A stretch of DNA of 35,786 nucleotides from Dirinaria sp. TL-2023a (taxonomy: Eukaryota). The notes under the pieces are model-generated. The model saw only the letters and a program-made list of their open reading frames with translations, was not told the origin of the DNA and did no database searches. The stretch is taken from NCBI GenBank assembly GCA_051941275.1, contig JAVEBF010000066.1, forward strand, positions 1 to 35,786, given 5' to 3'. Shown piece by piece: positions 24,065 through 35,786 of this stretch (positions are counted from its first letter, which is position 1; every line of letters begins with the position of its first letter). Both the position numbers and the translations under genes were made by a program.

Positions 24065-27000
24065 ATGGCGACGGTATCACCTTCGCGACCTTCGAGAAGA
24101 GCGGCAGCCGCTAGGAAAGTCGTCATGGAGGACTCGGATGACGAGGATCTTGGTGGTCCGATCAAAGAGGAGCCAATGGATGAAGAGGAGGACTTTACGC
24201 CAGCCCCTCAGCGTAGTCCCAGGCGCCAGACGAGGCGAAAGACGACCCAAGTGTCTGCCACTCCGAGAACAGCTGCGCGCAGCCGTCGAGCACGAACGGG
24301 CGAGAGTATTGAGCCTTCACAGATCTTTGAACCCCAAGACACATTCCCCCCAGAACCCCTATCGCCATCGAAGAAGGGTTCACCGAGAAAACGAAAAAGC
24401 GTACAACCCTCTCGAAAAGGTCACGTCTCTGTTGCTGTAGACTCTGCACCGCCATTGCCGACGCCAGAACCACTAACAAGCGTTGAGGCCTCTCAATTGC
24501 ATGGTGCACCTTTAGCAGACATCACCGATGCCGCTATCAATGAGCAGCGGCTTGCCGCCGACAGCCAAAAGGCATCCCTTCCGGCCAAGCCCATGGAAAC
24601 TGCGATGGAGAAGCCAATGGATATTGTCATAAGATCAAGAGCATTAGCAGTCCCACAGACACAGCAGGATACCGGACCTAAACCCAGGACGGTCATACAG
24701 TATCTGATTCTTACAAACTTCAAGAGTTACGCTGGACGGCAAGAGGTCGGTCCTTTTCATGCATCGTTTTCCTCGGTTGTAGGACCAAATGGTTCTGGCA
24801 AGTCGAATGTTATCGATTCTTTACTTTTCGTCTTCGGATTCCGTGCAAGCAAGATGAGGCAGGGGAAAATATCCGCACTCATCCACAACTCCGCAGCATT
24901 CCCGAATTTAGAGTTCTGTGAGGTGGAGGTTCACTTCCAGGAAGTAATGGATATGGTAAGGATACCGCAATAGCTATGTTGTCGGTCGCTAACATGCTTA
25001 GCCGGGAGGGAAACATGAGATCATTCCAGATTCCAGCTTGATCATCTCACGAAAGGCTTTCAAGAACAATGCCAGCAAATACTACATCAACTCCAAGGAG
25101 TCAAGTTTTACTACAGTCACCACACTCTTGAAGGATAAAGGTGTGGATCTTGACCACAAACGATTCTTAATATTACAGGGCGAGGTGGAATCGATTGCGC
25201 AGATGAAGCCGAAGGCAGCCAATGAGCATGATGACGGGTTGCTTGAATACCTCGAAGACATCATTGGTACTTCGAAATATAAAAGCCCCATTGAAGAGTC
25301 GGCTGCGGAAGTTGATACGCTCAATGAAGTCTGCACAGAAAAAAGCACTCGAGTTCAGCATGTAGAGAAGGAGAAAAATGGCCTAGAAGATAAGAAAAAT
25401 AAGGCATTGGCATATATCAAAGATGAGAACGAACTAGCGTCAAAGCAATCTGCACTCTATCAAATCTACATTGATGAATGCGGGGACAATCTAGGAGTGA
25501 CGGAAGAAGCTATTCAACAAATAGAAGGTCAACTCACTGCTGAGCTCGAGAAATATCGGGGCAGCGAAGACGGCATCAAACAGCTGGAAGCGCAGTACAA
25601 GCGAGGCTCTAAAGGGTACGAAGGCTTGCAGAAGGCTACGCAGGCACTAGTCAAGGAGATGGCCAAGCATGACAAGGAGAACGTCAAGTTTGAGGAGAAA
25701 AAGAAATTTCTGACAGGCAAGCGCAGTAAGCTTGAAAAGTCAATGCAAACTAGCAGATTGTCGGCTTCAGAGGCTAGTAGCTTAAGTCAGAAACACTCAG
25801 ACGACATTCAGCGCAACACAGCCGAGATTTCTGCGCTAGAAAGTAGTATGCGGGCGGAAGAAAAAGAACTATCAGCCATTCGTGACTCCCTAACAGGAAA
25901 AACCCAGGCTTTCTCCGATAAGATTGCGGAAAAGCAAAAGTCCCTCGATCCCTGGAACGAAAAAATCAACAACAAGCTATCGGCCATGGCAGTCGCCCAA
26001 AGCGAATTGGATATCCTGCGAGAGCGCGCGTCCGCGGGCTCGGTTGCAATCGAAGAAATACGAGCTAAAATCCAATCCATCCAAGCCAGTTGGGAAAGTA
26101 AAAAGTCGGAAATAAAAGACATGAGGGAACAGAAATCCCATATAGAGTCAGAAATTAGGACAGTAGAAAAAGAGCTGGCCAAGGTCACCAAGAAGGAGCC
26201 TGAGCTAAGGACTCAACTGTCCAATGCACGACAGAAGGCTGACGAGGCGAGAGCAAGTCTTTCAAGTACGCAGACTCAGGGCAACGTTCTCAGTGGCCTG
26301 ATGCGCCTGAAGGAATCCGGTCGCATTGAGGGTTTCCACGGACGATTAGGTAACATTGGTACCATCGACCAGAAGTATGACGTGGCCATTTCAACTGCAT
26401 GTCCGTCGCTCGATAATCTTGTCGTGGATTCTGTCGCCGTTGGCCAACAATGCATTGAGTATTTGAAAAAGAATAACCTTGGCCGGGCCAATTTCATCTG
26501 TCTTAGGGAGCTAGCTCGGCGGGATCTGTCTCCTGTAGATACACCAGAGGACGTTCCAAGGTTGTATGATCTGATCAAACCAAAAGAGGAAGTCTTCCGG
26601 CCTGCCTTCTTCAGCGTTCTGCAAAATACATTAGTGGCTAAGGATCTTGAGCAAGCCAATCGAATCGCTTACGGTGTCCGCAGATGGCGCGTGGTTACAT
26701 TGGACGGTCAATTGATTGACGTTTCTGGTACCATGAGTGGTGGTGGAACCCGGGTAGCAAGAGGAGGAATGTCTTCAAAACTGGTTGCTGATACATCAAA
26801 GGAGCAGGTAGCAAAACTGGAGGTCGACCGTGATGAGCTGGAAGCCCAGTTCCAATCCTTCCAAAAGAGGCAGCAGGAGCTTCAAGAAGCACTGAAGACT
26901 CTTTCTACTCAGATCCCTCAACTCGAAACGTCTATGCAAAAAGGCTGTCTGGAGGTTGACAGTCTGAGCCGTAATCTCGCTGATGCCGAACGCCGGGTGA

Positions 27001-28469
27001 ACGAGCTCACAGCTGAGCAGCAGCCTTCAATTTCAGATGATGGCCGAACTTCAGTACTGGAGAAGCAGGTTGCACAGCACGAGAAAGCTGTCAACAAATT
27101 CCGCGCAGAGACTGCTGGGGTTGAGGCTGAGATCAAAGAGCTACAGGAGAAGATCATGGAAGTGGGCGGCGTTAAACTCAGAGGTCAAAAGGCGAAAGTG
27201 GACGGTTTGAAGGAACAAATTGAAACGCTAACAGAGGAGATGTCGAATGCTGAGGTCGCAAGGTCCAAAGCCGAGAAACAGAAAGCTAAGCATCAGAAAG
27301 GATTCGAAGAAGCAGAACAGGAAATCGCATCTGCGGTAAAAGAGCTTGAAGAGCTCGAGAGCGATGTAAACAGCCAAATTCGGGATGTTTCTGGATTGAA
27401 ACAGAAGGTTGACGAAGCCCAAGAGGTACGTACGCCTTGATGTGCCAGTAGCTACTAGGAGCTCACTCTAATCCTACTGTATTTATGCAGGGACTAGAAT
27501 CGAAGCAAGAAGAGCTTGCGGCTCTAAAACGCGAACTCGACGGCAAGACAGGCGAATTAAACGAAATCCGAGGTGTCGAGATTGAAATGCGGAATAAGCT
27601 AGAGGAGAACCAGAAACTTCTTGCTGAAAACCAGAAGCGGCTGCGGTACTGGAATGAAAAGCTGGGCAAGCTTAAGCTTCAAAGCGTCAGGTAAGTCTAG
27701 AATGCACAGCTGGTCCTCTTTCAAATCTAATAAGGCCTATAGCGATATTGGCGAGGAGCAGTCGGCAGAAGAACTTCCCCAGTACACCAAGGATGAGCTA
27801 TTAGACATGAGTAAAGACGCTTTGAAGGGCGAGATAGCCATTCTCGAAGAAAAGACGCAAAACGTTAACGTGGAGCTTGGCGTACTCGCCGAGTACCGTC
27901 GTCGAGTCGAGGAACATAATGCCCGGAGTAGTGACCTCCAGGCCGCGGTGACGTCTAGAGATACAGCGAAGAAGCGCTGCGATGACCTACGCAGATTGCG
28001 TCTCGAGGGTTTCATGACGGGCTTCAGCCTCATCTCCCTAAGGCTCAAGGAGATGTACCAGATGATCACAATGGGCGGTAACGCGGAGCTCGAGCTCGTC
28101 GACTCTTTGGATCCATTCTCAGAAGGCATCCTCTTTAGTGTCATGCCTCCGAAGAAGTCGTGGAAGAACATCTCGAACCTCTCCGGAGGCGAGAAAACTT
28201 TGAGTAGCTTGGCGCTAGTCTTCGCTTTGCATCATTACAAGCCGACGCCACTCTATGTCATGGATGAGATAGATGCCGCGTTGGATTTTCGCAACGTTTC
28301 AATTGTCGCGAGCTACATCAAGGAGCGGACGAAGAACGCGCAGTTCATCGTTATCTCGCTGAGAAACAACATGTTCGAACTAGCTTCTCGGCTTGTCGGG
28401 GTGTATAAGGTCAATCATATGACCAAGAGTGTGACGGTAGAAAATCGGGACTATATCGTTGGGAGATGA
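24065..28469 (+). CDS. SMC4: Condensin ATPase Smc4/Cut3; exons 24065-24955, 25002-27425, 27491-27690, 27743-28469
   Basis: NFKSYAG, Walker A GPNGSGKSN, RFLILQGEVESIAQMKPK, hinge GFHGRLG, signature LSGGEKT, MDEIDAALD, long coiled coils. Confidence 0.97.
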
Positions 28470-28838
28470 TAAGCTCAAAGTACCGGAAAGGGATGAACAT
28501 GGCCTGAAAGCTCCTTCTTTGTAATAGTATGGCATGACAGCATATGTCTTGAAGTTTTGGTTTAGATTGCAGAATTGTCAATGCTGTTGAGGCCATACTA
28601 TCTATTAAATCAGCAAAGTTCAATGTCCAGCGGGCGCCAACTGACCTCTGGATCCCACAGCCACCGCCATCGCTTACATCAGGTAGACATCCTTATTTGT
28701 TACCAGGAGTCAGTATAGTAGCTTGTAATCATTCAGCACGCACTCTTGTTCTTACTGCTAGAATCTTAGCACATGCCTGCATCCTGCGATATTATTCTTG
28801 GACGGCCCAGCAGGCGTCAAAAAAACCGATCCATTCGA

Positions 28839-29394
28839 TCATGCTGCCTCGTTGGCTCCCTCTACTTTCGTTCCGTCCTTTCCTCCCTTCTTTTTCGCTT
28901 TCTGCCTCTCCTTTTCCTTCTTCTTCCTCCCACTCCGGTCTCTCTTCTTCAAGCCATTCATTCCCGCCTTCGTTACCTCTGCGTACCGCACGAAGAAGCC
29001 TTCGATTTCATCTGGATGGACTATCGTCGATAGCTTGATTTTCTCACCATTCTTGCGGTGCTCTTTGGATTTGCCGTTTGTTGCGCGGATGATAATGGGG
29101 AGTGCATTTGAGGGGTGGAGATCTGGGAAGGGCGCGCTGGAGGAAGGGTCGGGGAGAGCTTCGGAGGACGTCGTATGTGTGACTAGCGAGAGTTTTAGGA
29201 TAAAATGAGGGAATAGGTGACCTCGTAACAGGACTTACGACGCTTTTGGGTGAGATAGATTGAACCGTGAGAGGAATTGCGCCGGGCGTCGAAGAGGGTT
29301 GTCAGGCGCGTGAAGAACTATTGAGTGTCAGATATAGATCTTCTTTGGTGTAAGAGGGGCCTACATCATCTATACTAAGATGTTTAGCAGCCAT
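28839..29394 (-). CDS. SRP14: Signal recognition particle 14-kDa subunit; exons 29394-29365, 29317-29239, 29182-28839 (not in the ORF track)
   Basis: MAAKHLSIDD-FFTRLTTLF..HGSIYLTQKRL..PIIIRATNGKSK..KIKLSTIV..FFVRYAEVTKAGMNGLKKRDRS, with two canonical introns. Confidence 0.9.
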
Positions 29395-29665
29395 TGGGTG
29401 CCAGATGGTTTGAGAGAGAGTTGATTCAGTAAGGGAGTTCTCTGAGGTGCTCGATACCGTACTGACGCTGTGAGGCTCAACCTCTCTACCGAGGCTACCA
29501 AGCCCTTATCGATAACGAGCCTATTGCTTCGACGTTATTGGCTCGTGGACATCGAATTTCAGCCAAAACTGCACCTCAGGCTCAAATCGAACTGTTGCAA
29601 TTGTGCCTAACAGAGCTCGATAGACTGAATACGTTACCAGCTCCTTCTCCAAATAACAGCTGAAA

Positions 29666-32280
29666 ATGCGCCAGCCAAAGCATACCAATACAAAACTTCC
29701 TCGACGTGTATTAGAAGACCTTGGGATTGAAGGTATGCACTGGCTGTAGCAAACACTGGCTTATGACTGATTGACAGAAAATACCAGCAAGAAGTATTCA
29801 TTACCACGGAACCGGCCTGGATTAAGAAAGGAGCAGAGAAAAGCTGCAAGGGTACAGAAGAAAAGCAAGAAACTACCAGGATCAAATGATGTTGTGAAGC
29901 ACCCAGCCAAGTTAACCTCTGGCAAACAAGCTACTAGAGCATCGATAACGTCAAAGCTTAAAGAGGGCGATTCAGATATTAAGAAACCTCTGAAATCCAT
30001 TCTGAAAACTTCCAAAGCACGAGATGCCCTTCCTGTAGAAATTGCAGAACAGAGGTTACGGTCATTGTCGCCGCCTGCGGCCGCAAGACCCTCGAAAGCC
30101 GTCCGGGACCGATTAGCAGTTGATGATGCAGAAATTGCAGCCCTCGAGAAAGCTTTGGGCCTTAAGGGGACCCAAAAACTACCTGCGTCTTTCAAGCAAG
30201 ATGGTCTGGACGAGCTATTGGAAGGCCTGGACGACGAGGGTCTCCACAATGGCAAGAGAAACATGGGTGATGAAGATGACTGGCTACGAAGTAAGAGGCT
30301 TAAGGCTCAGAACTCGAAGCCTGCGGAGCCTAACAATCTCGCTGAAAGCATTTCTGAAGCAAGCGCCAGCATGGATGATTACACAACCGAGGGCAGCAGG
30401 AGTGGAGATGAATTTATGGCCGTTCAGCCATCTGAAGACGCTGGTGCAATTGACGAAATTTCCGAGGCTTCTTCTTTACCCGCAACATCAGGGAAGAGAC
30501 ACCGGGAAAATCCTTACGTAGCCCCAGTGGTACCACTAGATTGTGACTCCGCTGAAAAGTATGTTCCGCCATCATTACGAGGAAGCAAATTATCCGACTC
30601 TGAGGATCATTTGCGCCTGCGAAGACGGATACAGGGACTTCTCAATCGCCTATCTGAAGCAAATCTTTTGGCGCTCGTGAAAGATTTCGAAGATCTTTAT
30701 CGGAATCATTCTCGGCAAGATGTATCGACCAGTCTTATAGAATTACTATTAGATCTGCTTGCTGATCCCTCCAACCTACAAGATACATTTGTCATCCTAC
30801 ACGCAGGTTTCATTGCTGCTCTTTACAAAACCGTCGGCTCAGATTTTGGGGCGATGGCGGTTTCAAGGGTCTATGATGAGTTTGGTAAGCTGTATCAGGC
30901 GAACCTTGAAGAAGGATCCCCAAATAAGAAGGCGAGGAATTTAATCAGCCTTCTGGCGCAGCTGTATAACTTCAGGATTATTGGAAGTAGTCTGATTTAC
31001 GATCTGATCAGACTATTTGTCGAGAATCTATCAGAGACTAATGTAGAGCTCCTTCTAAAGATCACGCAGAGTGAGTCAGATCATTGCAATACGAGTCTTC
31101 TCACGATAGTTCTAATTTAATCTAACTTCAAGGTTCTGGGCCTCAGCTGCGGAAAGATGATTCTGGGTCTTTGAAAGCAATCAACCAGCTGCTCCAATCC
31201 ACTGTAGCGAGCAAAAACCCTGAAAGTCTCTCAGTCCGTACCAATTTCATGGTGGAGACAATCAGCAATCTAGCCAATAAAGGTATTAAAACCGCTGCCT
31301 CTCAGTCGGCTGTTACCGCCGAACATATCGTGAGGATGAGGCAAATTCTAGGTTCTCTAAATGAGCGTAATGTCAAATCCAGCGAGCCTTTAGGCATTAC
31401 TCTGAAGGACCTGAAGGAGCTGGACAAGAGAGGGAAATGGTGGCTTATTGGAGCGAGCTTTCGAGATGAGGAACAGAAAGTCGCCGATGAACCATCCAAA
31501 CGAACGCTCGGTGATCATGGGGAGGAGCTAGGCAGACATTCCATCAGTACCACGGATGCGGACTTTTCACGGATAGCGCGTCATTTGGGCATGAATACAG
31601 ACGTGAGACGATCCATTCTCACAACAGTACTGTCGGCAGATGATTACGAGGCTGCCTATAAGCAGTTGCAGAAGCTTCCTCTGAATTCGAGCCAAAGGAG
31701 GGAAATACCAAGAGTGCTAATACGATGCTCAAGTGCTCAGGAGGAATATAATCCCTTTTTCACGCTCCTTGCACGGAGGCTGATATCTGCAGAGCCGAGG
31801 ATGAGCAAAGCTTTCCAGTTTTCCTTGTGGAGCCTGTTTGACACGATGCGGGACGCACCGGATCACGGCCAACAAGACCAGCAGGATGGATCTCAGGGAC
31901 AGCTGGAGCTCAGAGGTGTGATCAACGTTGCGAGGATGTATGGGACACTGATAGCGCAAGATGGAGTCAATGTCAGGGTTCTGAAAGATCTCAATTTTGG
32001 GTACCTAACGGGGAAGCTTCGCCTTTTCGTGGAGCTTCTGCTTGCGACAACAATACTGCAATCGCAAGAAGAGGCTGGAGGCGGCAGAAACGAGAAACGT
32101 ATCATGGACATTTTCCTCAAAACGAAGGAGACGCCTGGTATGGCGCGTGGCCTGCAGTATTTTCTCAAGAAGGTAGTCAGTAAAACAGACATCATTGGCA
32201 GCAAGGAGAAGATAGAGACAGTGAAATGGGGTTGCCAGGTCGCGCGGCACTCTCTTAATGCCGTGGCTTCCATGGAATAG
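29666..32280 (+). CDS. SGD1: Nucleolar MIF4G/MA3-domain protein Sgd1/NOM1; exons 29666-29732, 29778-31070, 31133-32280
   Basis: RENPYVAP, KYVPPSLR, IQGLLNRLSEAN, SGPQLRKDD, GKWWLIGAS, MNTDVRRSI, YNPFF. Confidence 0.88.
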
Positions 32281-32390
32281 CAATGTGGTTTGATAGTAAA
32301 AATTCAATGCCATTCTGTGACCAAGCAACTTGTTCAGATCGACTTATTTTCCGCACTTGATAAGGGTGCACCCCCAGGGGCTTGGCCTTA

Positions 32391-32601
32391 TCCTTGATGC
32401 TGACTAAGAACCTGGGACTGTCAAATTCGCACCTTCTTTTACAAAAGCAGCCCGACAGAGATCTCAATAAAAGCTAGATCTGGTTAGTGTAGTTCGGACT
32501 TTCCTTGATGCTGACTAAGAAGCTGGGATTGTCAAATTTGCACCTTCTTTTGCAAAAGCAGCCCGACAGAGATCCCATTAAAAGCTAGATCTGGTTAGTG
32601 T
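32391..32601. repeat. Tandem direct repeat, period 111 bp, two copies
   Basis: 32391-32490 versus 32502-32601: 100 aligned bases with 6 substitutions by eye. Confidence 0.93.
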
Positions 32602-33004
32602 TATTGGAACTACTTTGCAATCACGTGTCTGCCAAGCTACCTCATGGACATAAAAGCAGCTTACTAAACCTATCGTTAAGTTCGGGATATTTTGTGTATG
32701 TACTGTAGATAATGTAGACAGACCTATGTCAATTATGTAAAGGACCGAGTGTGATAATGCAGAGACAGTGTAAGGAGTACGGAGTAGTAGTGAAAGAACC
32801 CCTCGGAAGGCCACCAAAGCCTGCGCTGCCGCCTCGGGCCGAGAGAGCGCCAAGGAAATCCCGAGCATTCAGAGCTCTCGGACGGATTCCGTGAGCAGCT
32901 TTCCAGTCGGTGTATTGTATTACATATGTAAGCCTAGGTAGACCATCAGTCTTTCACACTCCAATTACCATCTTCCTTGATCCCTTATCCTCCTCTCCTA
33001 CGCC

Positions 33005-34749
33005 ATGTTCCGTCCACTGATAACAGTGGCACCCTCAAGATGCGCCATAAGACCGCCCAAAAGCTGTTCGTCTAATGCATTTACGGCCCCAAGATTCTAT
33101 TTGTTTAGCAGAACGACCCGCGGCTATGCAACTGAAGCTCGTATGTAACCGCCCAGCGCAATCCGGGTACAAAGCTAACCAGTCACAGCCGAGCATGATC
33201 TGGTCATCATAGGTGGCGGTGTTGCAGGATATGTCGCGGCAATAAAAGCAGGACAGGAGGGTTTGAAGGTATTGCTACTGTTTCGACGCATGCGCTTTCG
33301 GCGAGATCTCATACTTGCACAGGTAGCGTGTGTGGAAAAGCGAGGAGCTTTGGGTGGAACATGTCTGAACGTCGGCTGCATACCTTCGAAATCCCTCCTC
33401 AACAATTCGCACATGTACCACCAGATACTCCACGATACGAAAAAGCGCGGCATAGAAGTCGGCGATGTCAAGCTCAATCTACAACAGATGATGGCAGCCA
33501 AAAACACTTCCGTTGATGGTCTCACGAAGGGCGTCGAATTTCTGTTCAAGAAGAATAAAGTTGATTACATACGTGGCACAGCAGCTTTCTCGGGTGAACA
33601 TGAGGTCAAGGTCAATCAGATTGAAGGCGGCGAAACTGCACTTAGGGCAAAGAATATTCTCATCGCCACAGGCAGCGAAGCAACTCCATTTCCAGGACTT
33701 ACGATAGATGAAAAACGCGTGATCACTAGCACAGGCGCCATCGCCCTTGAGAAAGTGCCAAAGAAGATGGTAGTCATCGGTGGCGGTATCATAGGTCTGG
33801 AAATGGTAAGGCCTTTTGCGAACACTTTGACCTTCGCAAACTGATCGGCGCTGCAGGGTTCCGTCTGGTCAAGATTAGGAGCGGAAGTCACTGTAGTAGA
33901 GTTCCTTGGGCAAATAGGCGGGCCAGGCATGGACGGCGAAATCTCGAAAATGACACAGAAAATATTAGGTAAACAGGGTATGAAATTCATGCTCAATACC
34001 AAAGTTCTCAGCGGCGATGATAGCGGCGAGACGTTGAAGCTCGAGGTCGAAGCAGCCAAAGGAGGAAAGAAGCAAACGGTATGACTTGCTTCTACCACCA
34101 ATATACATTGGCCGTACTGACTTTCCATCAGCTTGACGCCGATGTTGTTCTAGTGGCCATTGGCCGTCGACCATACACTGCCGGCCTAGGTCTGGAGAAC
34201 ATCGGGCTCGAAGTTGACAACAAAGGCCGCCTAGTGATCGATGAACAGTATCGGACCAAGTTACCGCATATTCGGGTCATTGGGGATTGCACATTTGGGC
34301 CTATGCTTGCGCACAAGGCAGAAGAAGAAGCCGTTGCTGCCATCGAATACATCACCAAAGGTTACGGGCATGTGAACTATAACGCCATCCCCTCAGTCAT
34401 GTACACGCACCCAGAAGTGGCCTGGGTAGGACAGAACGAGTCGGAGATCAAAGAGCAGGGGATCAAGTACAAAACAGGATCCTTCCCCTTTAGCGCCAAC
34501 AGCAGAGCCAAGACCAATCTGGAGACGGAGGGTATGGTCAAGTTCATCAGCGATGCCGAAACAGACCGGATACTAGGCGTCCATATTGTCGGGCCTAATG
34601 CCGGGGAGATGATTGCGGAGGGAGTGCTAGCGGTCGAGTACGGGGCAAGCAGTGAAGATGTGGCGAGAACGAGTCACGCACATCCAACGCTGGCAGAGGC
34701 TTTCAAAGAGGCGGCTATGGCGACGTACTCGAAAGCAATCCACTACTAA
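33005..34749 (+). CDS. LPD1: Mitochondrial dihydrolipoamide dehydrogenase (E3); exons 33005-33140, 33189-33268, 33323-33805, 33857-34078, 34132-34749
   Basis: Arg/Ser-rich presequence ending [46 protein letters not shown]. Confidence 0.97.
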
Positions 34750-35786
34750 GGGGGATTATGGGTTGAGAGGGGGGGTATTGATGGCGTGGCCATGGGAAGC
34801 GGTATGTAAATAAATTAAATATCATTCATCTTTTTCTCTCTCCAAGACATAGAGTAAAACGTCTTCATTGTAAAACACGACGACCATGATTGCGGCTTTT
34901 GGGCCAGTGAACTCCCTATGCATCTTCCCACCCCCAAACAAAGCCCAGAATCAACCCCCCCATCAATACGTATGTATATCCCTGACTACCTCTCTTTCCT
35001 TTTCATTCCTTTATCTAACAAGCCAATCCATATCCTCCCTCATTCATGCTTTGAATGTTCTGTCTACCTTGGTCGAATTTCGAATCATTTCCAGCCTACT
35101 TTGTTTTATGGAATCGAATCGTCTAGGAAATCGACCGATCTCGTAAGCAGAGGGGGGGAGGGGGGTTATACCACCTAGGGTTGTCAAACAGCGGTTTTTG
35201 CGATATAAGCTAGGTAGCATCTGTGAGGGAAGGTGAGGCAGGGTGAGATGAAAATCCAATAAAGAAAGGTAAGGGATATTGGAATCGTGTGTATGGAAAG
35301 TATGGAGAGAGGGAGATTACTTAAACAGATAACTGCCAAATATCAAAGTATCAACCCCCCCTTCTTCCTTCCTCATTTCCAAAAAAAATCCAATACAAAA
35401 CAAACCAAATCAATAAATCCCTCTCTTCACCCCTTCCCCTAACCCACGCATATATATATTTTCTTCTAATAATCTTGATTTACAATCGAACCGCGCTGTT
35501 GTTTTCTAGGAGAGAGAGGAGATAATGTAGGTGAAATTTATCGAGTAGGATGTTTTTTTGGAGATGAAGGAGATGGTGAATGGATGAGGGGGAGTATTTT
35601 GTTGTTTTGTGTTAGTGAGAGGGGAAAAAAGAAAGGGGAAAGGCGGGGGTGAAGAGAGGATGTGGTAAAGAACTCCTATGCATGTACTGCGGTCCCTTCG
35701 TCGGGGGTTTTATTTCCTTTTAGAAGAGGATCCTATTTTTTGTGGGAGGGGTTTAAAGCATAGAGGTATTCTGCAAATCAAAAGTC

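Noticed and set aside
32391..32601. CRISPR-like array or LTR pair
   Set aside because: There are only two adjacent long copies, with no spacers, TG..CA ends or retroelement ORF.

Overview
Gene-dense, intron-rich nuclear DNA from a filamentous ascomycete (Pezizomycotina; finer taxonomy cannot be established here). I spliced 13 conserved genes by hand: AUR1, an Ace2/Swi5-like C2H2 factor, ubiquitin-S27a, a GH18 chitinase, MSH2, a Cue3/ASCC2-like gene, RPS20, an Amo1-like nucleoporin, an ELYS-like gene, SMC4, SRP14 (absent from the ORF track), SGD1/NOM1 and LPD1. There is also one intronless orphan with SQ-rich repeats and a Cys-rich tail. No transposase, CRISPR array or biosynthetic cluster is visible. 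Main leads: (1) a tRNA-like Pol III A/B-box element at ~21871-21991 that does not fold as a normal tRNA; (2) purine-AG acceptors in 10 of 33 inferred CDS introns, plus two GC-AG introns; (3) the Cue3-like gene head-to-head with the gene for its known ubiquitinated target uS10; (4) the orphan protein; (5) a tandemly duplicated ~111-bp hairpin unit. Gene identities come from recalled motifs, not database searches.
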